From NCBI GenBank assembly GCA_963842865.1, contig CAWJIN010000007.1, positions 15,855 to 79,854 on the forward strand: DNA of 64,000 nt, given 5' to 3'. The notes beneath the pieces were generated by a model. That model was given only the letters and a program-made list of their open reading frames with translations, was not told where the DNA came from and searched no databases. The stretch is from Candidatus Bathyarchaeota archaeon (lineage in GTDB: Archaea > Thermoproteota > Bathyarchaeia > Bathyarchaeales > Bathycorpusculaceae). This document shows positions 58,503 to 64,000 of the stretch, one piece after another; position 1 is the stretch's first letter, and every line of letters begins with the position of its first letter. A program made the translations under genes and the position numbers.

Positions 58503-59588
58503 ATGATGCACCATAAAAGAGCTAACTTGGAGTCAAACGTGACTAAAGAAATAGAAAAGCAAAACGAAGAACAACGCAAACTTCAGGTGACAGGCGGATC
58601 AACATTCATACTCTCAGTACCCAAGGATTGGGCAATTCGAAATGAGCTTAAAAGAGGAAGCTCAATGGTGGTCCGCGAAGAAGACGATGGATCCCTATCA
58701 ATAGCGCCTTCAAAGTTTGTAAAGAAAGAGAAGCAAGATGAAGCCTTCATCAAAGCATCGTTAAACGACAATCCTGACGCCGTCATGAGAACAGCAATTT
58801 CCGCCTATTTAGACGGCTTCAACATTCTGCACATTAGAGCGCAAGGACAACAAGTGCTCTCCTCAAAACTTCGAAACCACCTCAAAAATTTTGCCAGGCA
58901 CTACTTGGTTGGAACAGAAATCGTGATAGACACCCCAGCCGAATTGACTCTGCAGGTTCTACTTAATTATCCTGAACTCACAGTTCAAAATGCACTAAGC
59001 CGAATGTCAATAATAGCCTCCTCCATGCATAAAGAAGCCATAGTTGCGCTGAAGAAGCTGGATTATCCAGCTGCCAAATCGGTTATTGAAACCGACCGTG
59101 AAGTCAACCGCTTCGGCCTGTACATAGTGCGGCTGCTGAAGCTGGCAGTTTCAAACCCAAGAATCGTTAAAGAAATCGGATTAAATAACCAAAAAGACTG
59201 TTTGGGATATAGACTTATAGCGAAATCCGTTGAGAGAACCGCAGACCACGCAACCAAAATCGCTGAAAACACTCTTCTCCTAAAAGAGATGGTAAATGTG
59301 GAGCTTCTAGAAAGAATAGTTCAGTTAAGCACTTTGGCTGATTCAATGTTTGAGAGCGCAATGGATGCGTTATTTCGGCATGACTTTAACTTGGCTGAGA
59401 GCGTAATTGAAAAGATAAGCCAAGTGCACAAATTGGAGAAAGAAACAGTTCTTTACACCCAAAATGTCAAGATTGAAGAAATCGCTAACTTGAGACTACT
59501 GATTGAGAGCGTTAGGAGAACAGCAGAATACGCCAGTGACATTTCCGAAGTTGTGCTAAACTTAAACGTTGAATCAGTTCTAAGCTAG
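58503..59588 (+). CDS. Archaeal phosphate uptake regulator (AbrB-like + PhoU domains)
   Basis: RKLQVTGGST..LSVPK.W, ERTADHA, RRTAEYASDI. Confidence 0.92.
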   Translation: MMHHKRANLESNVTKEIEKQNEEQRKLQVTGGSTFILSVPKDWAIRNELKRGSSMVVREEDDGSLSIAPSKFVKKEKQDEAFIKASLNDNPDAVMRTAISAYLDGFNILHIRAQGQQVLSSKLRNHLKNFARHYLVGTEIVIDTPAELTLQVLLNYPELTVQNALSRMSIIASSMHKEAIVALKKLDYPAAKSVIETDREVNRFGLYIVRLLKLAVSNPRIVKEIGLNNQKDCLGYRLIAKSVERTADHATKIAENTLLLKEMVNVELLERIVQLSTLADSMFESAMDALFRHDFNLAESVIEKISQVHKLEKETVLYTQNVKIEEIANLRLLIESVRRTAEYASDISEVVLNLNVESVLS

Positions 59589-59860
59589 TTTTTTAACGAC
59601 TTTTTTTCTTGACGCCCAGTTAAGAATGCTATCTTTTTGCGGTTATATGAATGAAAAATAACGGTTGGGTTTGATAGTTTATTTTGGAGATAATATTTGT
59701 CCATTAAAGGTTATTGATTAAATGGTGATTCCCTATCGGGAAAGTTTGATGGCAACATAGGCTAATTCTGGCGCCAAGTTTTGGCTGCAAGATTTTACAT
59801 GCTTTATTTGTTTTTTCCATATTTTTTGATTTTAAGAAAATAAAGAAGTATATGCCTACT

Positions 59861-59885
59861 CTGTCTCTCACCTATTTAGAGACAG
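59861..59885 (-). terminator. Hairpin downstream of the small Cys protein
   Basis: CTGTCTCT...AGAGACAG 8-bp stem. Confidence 0.35.
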
Positions 59886-59906
59886 GCTAAGTTAAGCTAT
59901 TCCGGT

Positions 59907-60080
59907 TCATTGAAAGGCTTCAAAGAAACAGATTACATCGGCGCTTTGATTTATGCTGTAATTGTCAATCAGGTGAGCTGTTCCATCTGGGCAGTAGACT
60001 TTGTCGCCTTTTAAAGTTTTTTTGAATCGTACACTGCATTCCTTAAGCATGGTGCAGCCATCGCAATCTCTTGAGAGCAT
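59907..60080 (-). CDS. Small Cys/His metal-binding protein
   Basis: GAGGTGA SD; CDGC....C...CPDG.AH. Confidence 0.6.
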   Translation of the reverse strand: MLSRDCDGCTMLKECSVRFKKTLKGDKVYCPDGTAHLIDNYSINQSADVICFFEAFQ

Positions 60081-60246
60081 TCTTTTTTCACCTCTACTCA
60101 TTTTCAAAGTAGAAATTATGTTGAGGCTCCTATAGAGATTCTCTTCATACTCTATATAGAAATAATACAGCAAGATTAATTTCTCAAAAACTATAAGAAA
60201 CATTTAAGAAATAAGGAACCACCTCTCAAGAGCCAGAGACAGTCTG

Positions 60247-60903
60247 ATGAACGAAAACGGATTTAAAGTAAAGGGTATTTTCTTGGACTTAGACGGTACA
60301 ATAGTTGACTCCAAAGAAGCCTACATAGAAGCAGCAAGAATAGCATTCCAAACCGTGGGGCAAAAACCGCCAGAAATTAAGATTGCCTTTGAGATTCCGA
60401 GAAGGCTTGAGCAAGGTCTCGCAATCAGCGACCTCATTGAGGGCGACTGTAAAAAATTCCTGAGCACATATTTTGAAGCTTATTATTCGATCACCCGAGA
60501 AAAAACCAAACTTATACCTCACGTTTCAGCAACACTTGAAACCTTATCGTCAAAAACTAAACTGGCCCTAATAACCATGCGGCGTGTCCCGAAACAAGCT
60601 ATAATAAAAGAGTTAGAGTGTTTTGGTATATCAAAATATTTCACTCATGTTGTAACTGCGCTGGATACTTCTAAGCCTAAACCTTCGCCTGAAGCATTAA
60701 TTGCATGTGTCCAAACCCTAGATGTTGAAATATGCGAATGCGTTATCGCAGGAGACTCGGTTAACGACGTGCGCGCAGGGAAAGCCGCAGGCGCAAGAAC
60801 TGTAGCACTTTTATCTGGGCTTTTTCAGTGTGAAGAGCTTTTCAAAGAATGCCCAGATTTGATTTTAAACGATGTAAATGCACTTCCAAAGTTTATCAAG
60901 TAA
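60247..60903 (+). CDS. HAD-superfamily phosphatase
   Basis: DLDGTIVDS, KPKPSPE, GDSVND. Confidence 0.93.
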   Translation: MNENGFKVKGIFLDLDGTIVDSKEAYIEAARIAFQTVGQKPPEIKIAFEIPRRLEQGLAISDLIEGDCKKFLSTYFEAYYSITREKTKLIPHVSATLETLSSKTKLALITMRRVPKQAIIKELECFGISKYFTHVVTALDTSKPKPSPEALIACVQTLDVEICECVIAGDSVNDVRAGKAAGARTVALLSGLFQCEELFKECPDLILNDVNALPKFIK

Positions 60904-61038
60904 TTCTGTGGCGTATATCAGAATTTGAAATATTGCTATAACCCGACTAGCAAGTTATATTCCTCAAGAAAAATAAAGTTTAATAAAACCCTTAATGTTA
61001 AATCAATATTGGAGAAGGGCTTCGGAGCGGGAATCAGT

Positions 61039-61653
61039 ATGAACTTTGTTGAATTGATGATAGGGGAGAAATTAAAGGAAGCGGATTCAGCTCTTGATGT
61101 TATGGGCTCAGACCGCAAAGTCTTGCAGGTTGCTTGCCAAGACTTCACGAATTTCCTTAAATTCCATTGGGACCTGATGGGGAAAGAAGCAAGCCATTGT
61201 GAACTGGTTGAAAGATTGGAAAAGGTTTTCAAGGAAGATTCATCGGAACTAGACGCGTTCTTAACTGTTTGGATTGGCATCTGGTTCAAAAAATGGAAGG
61301 AGCGTGTCAAACTCCTTATAGGCGACCAGAACGCTAGCCGATGGAATAAGGTTTCTAAAAATCTCACTAACGCTGAACCACTATGGAAGAGAATTGAGAA
61401 CAAGCAAGAACTCCAAGAGATCATAGTCTCTACGCTTGTTAAAAACGGGGAAATATGCGGAACCGAAATCTTATCTGAAAATCTACTGAAGATGGAGCTC
61501 GGAGAAAGCGGCGTTCAAAACCTAAGCGACAGAGAAAGAGTTTTCACGGTAGTTAATGAGGCGTTGAGGAAAGCTCGTGAGATGGCGCAAAGTAAAGGTC
61601 CACTAATCTTTGTCAAAATAGACAAAGGCTACTATAGCTCAGGAACCGAGTAA
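61039..61653 (+). CDS. Hypothetical helical protein
   Basis: 204-aa ORF with coding-like composition. Confidence 0.65.
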   Translation: MNFVELMIGEKLKEADSALDVMGSDRKVLQVACQDFTNFLKFHWDLMGKEASHCELVERLEKVFKEDSSELDAFLTVWIGIWFKKWKERVKLLIGDQNASRWNKVSKNLTNAEPLWKRIENKQELQEIIVSTLVKNGEICGTEILSENLLKMELGESGVQNLSDRERVFTVVNEALRKAREMAQSKGPLIFVKIDKGYYSSGTE

Positions 61654-61722
61654 GCGTTCTGCTCGCTCTTTAGTTTTTTATAAAAAAACAAATTTATTTA
61701 GCTATCAGCATTACTGTTTTTT

Positions 61723-62277
61723 ATGGCTCGTTTTGTTGTTTTCCTTCGGGCGATTAACGTCGGCGGCCACGCTGTCGCTAAGGCAAAGTTGCAAGAAGCC
61801 TTCACCTGCTTAGGATACCAAAACGTTTCAACACACAAACAAAGCGGCAACGTAATCCTTGAAACTGACGAGGCAGATCCAGCTGAAATTAAGAGAAAAG
61901 TAGAGAACAAGCTTCGCGGGCTGTTGGGCTACGATGTGGCAGCGTTTGTGCGCACCATTCCCCAACTCAAAGCAGTAGTCAAGCTTGAACCCTTCAACAG
62001 CTATGATAAAGAAGGAACCAGTTTTCAGGTAACGTTTCTTGCTGATGCGCCCTTGGAGTTTCCGCTCAAGTTACCCTTGACCATTCCGAAATCGACGGCG
62101 CAAATAATTTCAGTGAAGGACGGCGAGGTTTTCAGTGTGACTCATGGTGGCGGTGAAGGAGGGCTACCTAACCCTTTTCTTGAGTCGAAGCTAAAACTGA
62201 AGGCGACCACCCGAAACATGAACACAATTGCTGAAATAGTAGAAAAGTTCCCTGAAAGAGACGCGAAAAAAAGCTAA
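61723..62277 (+). CDS. DUF1697 family protein
   Basis: VFLRAINVGG, QSGNV, ATTRN signature. Confidence 0.9.
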   Translation: MARFVVFLRAINVGGHAVAKAKLQEAFTCLGYQNVSTHKQSGNVILETDEADPAEIKRKVENKLRGLLGYDVAAFVRTIPQLKAVVKLEPFNSYDKEGTSFQVTFLADAPLEFPLKLPLTIPKSTAQIISVKDGEVFSVTHGGGEGGLPNPFLESKLKLKATTRNMNTIAEIVEKFPERDAKKS

Positions 62278-62355
62278 AAAAAGTTTGCAGAAACTGCTTG
62301 GTGATTCTTTCTTAGCAACGAATAAAATTAATAATAAAGTATTAGAACTCTGCGA

Positions 62356-62553
62356 TTAGACGACTCTTACTCTTTGGAGAGTCTTTCTCATCCAAGTATA
62401 ATGCCGCATGGTTGTGGTTTCTCCGTAGCCGCAGGCTGCGCAACGCTTATGGCGTACGTGGTATGCGCGTCTTCCGCAGCGCCTGCATTTTATGTGAACG
62501 GTTTTGCCTTGGCGCTTGCCCATTGATGGTGTGCCTTTTCCCACGGCGGTCAC
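62356..62553 (-). CDS. rpl37e: 50S ribosomal protein L37e
   Basis: KGTPSMGKR...HIKCRRCG...CAACGYG; alternative GTG start at 62544. Confidence 0.96.
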   Translation of the reverse strand: MTAVGKGTPSMGKRQGKTVHIKCRRCGRRAYHVRHKRCAACGYGETTTMRHYTWMRKTLQRVRVV

Positions 62554-62777
62554 CTGGGCGAGGGTGAAATAAGGACTACGTTGTCTCCGCGGACGATTAT
62601 TAGTCCCAGTCTCTTTTGGTTTTCAATGTTTGTTGTGTCTTCTGTCTCTTCTAAAACTAGGTTTAGGTGCTGGTCGAAACCCTTCAGTCTTCCCCTGAGG
62701 CTTTTTCCGCCTTTGAGTCGTACAAGTACGACTTTGCTGAGGTTCTGCTCAAGGATTTCGGTTGTCATTTCGCTCAT
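62550..62777 (-). CDS. LSm (Sm-like) protein
   Basis: G.LKGFDQHLNLVL, IVRGDNV; canonical lsm-rpl37e pair. Confidence 0.96.
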   Translation of the reverse strand: MSEMTTEILEQNLSKVVLVRLKGGKSLRGRLKGFDQHLNLVLEETEDTTNIENQKRLGLIIVRGDNVVLISPSPR

Positions 62778-62932
62778 TCTGGAATCCTCATGTAGCTATA
62801 TCTCTTCTATACTTGAACTCTCCACATTTAAACCTTATCTAGCATGAGTTAGGATTCTTTTAGCGGCTCAGATTAAGTTAACTTCCTGTTTCTGTAAGCG
62901 GTTCTTGGTGTGGAATGTTTTAGAGGTGCGTA

Positions 62933-63090
62933 TTTAGCTGGTGCTTTTAGTCCAAACGGTTGAGCCTGTAGCCTTTTTATTTCAATTGTAAATAGTATCC
63001 TTCTCTCCCGTTTCTGGAGGGCTGTTTTGGGTTGCTTTTTTGGTTTAGAGCTTGAATTGGCTGTAGGTTGCGGGAAAATCTGGGTTTTTT
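62933..63090 (-). repeat. Dispersed non-coding element, copy 2 (inverted)
   Basis: Reverse complement matches 13350-13516 in four blocks. Confidence 0.85.
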
Positions 63091-63254
63091 AGGGAAAATT
63101 CGGGTAAATAAGGGTAAAAAAGGTGAAAAAAGGGCCTGGGATGCAGGTTGGAGGGCAGGGTAAAATCTTCAAAGACTGCCATTTCATAGAAACGGCTGCA
63201 TGATGTAAGAGCAAAGTTAAATTTAACGCCTGCAGTGACTTACAGAGAGACATT

Positions 63255-63758
63255 ATGCCCACAAAGCAACGAAGATACCCCATAAAAACGAAAGAAGCAA
63301 AACAAATTCTAACCAAAGCCCAAGCAAAACTAAAACTTGACCTTGACGCGCTTTTCGGCGCTAAAGCAAACGTTGAAGTTGTTGAATCCGAAGTAGGCTC
63401 AATTTACCTAATAGGAGGAAAACCCCTACTCTTCAAGTCCGGCGACAAGGTTTTGCCTACGCTGCTTTTCAGCGAGTTCACCGCGAAGGCACCAAAAATA
63501 GTGGTTGACATGGGCGCTGTCCCGTACGTGTGCAAGGGCGCGGATGTTATGGCTCCAGGCATCGTGCGCATTGAAGGAGAATTCAGCAAAGGCGACCTCG
63601 TCCTTGTAGTGGACGTGAAGTTTGGCAAAGCCTTGGCGCTGGGCGAAAGCCTCATGGACGCAGAAGTGGCAAGACAAACCAAGAAAGGACCCGTAGTTAA
63701 AACGCTGCATTATGTAAGCGACAAAATCTGGGACTACACCAAAATATTAGCTGAGTAA
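63255..63758 (+). CDS. PUA-domain RNA-binding protein (pre-PUA + PUA, MCT-1-like)
   Basis: PTL, VDMGAVPYVCKGADVMAPGI, LHYVSDKIW. Confidence 0.9.
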   Translation: MPTKQRRYPIKTKEAKQILTKAQAKLKLDLDALFGAKANVEVVESEVGSIYLIGGKPLLFKSGDKVLPTLLFSEFTAKAPKIVVDMGAVPYVCKGADVMAPGIVRIEGEFSKGDLVLVVDVKFGKALALGESLMDAEVARQTKKGPVVKTLHYVSDKIWDYTKILAE

Positions 63759-63848
63759 TAACTGGATTGTCAGGGGGGATTGTAGTACTTTTTATTTTGT
63801 CAGGAAGCTTTTATTAGGTAGTATTTTCATTTTGTTTAAGGATGTCAA

Positions 63849-64000
63849 ATGCAGAAAATAGTTAAAGTTACCAGAAAAGGGCAAACAACCATTCCTGCCG
63901 AAATCAGGGAACAACTGGGGATAAAAGAGGGCGACGATTTGGCGGTCGAGGCTGTTGATCAAGCTGTAATTTTCAAACGTGTGCCTAAACTTTTAGATTT
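63849..64000 (+). CDS. AbrB/MazE-family antitoxin or regulator, truncated by window end
   Basis: VKVTRKGQTTIPAEIREQLGIKEGD. Confidence 0.85.
   Translation, partial: MQKIVKVTRKGQTTIPAEIREQLGIKEGDDLAVEAVDQAVIFKRVPKLLD

Overview
Archaeal chromosomal window, most likely Bathyarchaeia. This is inferred from Alba, L37e-LSm, pantoate kinase, GGAGG/GGTGA Shine-Dalgarno motifs and a large C-terminally anchored PQQ-like beta-propeller protein. Core loci are deoxyhypusine synthase, amtB, a group 3b [NiFe] hydrogenase operon with fused beta/gamma subunits, pyruvate kinase, CoA biosynthesis, stomatin/NfeD, the pstSCAB-phoU system and tRNA-Gln(CUG). Two accessory regions stand out. (1) 24.8-32.1 kb is a four-gene tubulin/FtsZ-superfamily locus: a ~890-aa tubulin-like GTPase with a long coiled-coil insert (frameshifted near its 3' end, apparently ACG-initiated), a second tubulin-fold protein with a degenerate GTP-binding loop, a polytopic membrane/coiled-coil protein and a surface-exposed single-pass protein. 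(2) ~39.4-48.3 kb is an ~8.7 kb integrated element with a highly divergent tyrosine recombinase, an iteron-like repeat cluster, a 17-bp candidate att repeat, and several RHH and Zn-ribbon proteins. Also seen: a ~120-170 bp non-coding element in two inverted copies 49.5 kb apart, an orphan tRNA 3' half fused to a 24-bp dispersed repeat, three candidate ACG start codons and many small pseudogene fragments. All calls come from motif recognition by eye; no database searches were run.
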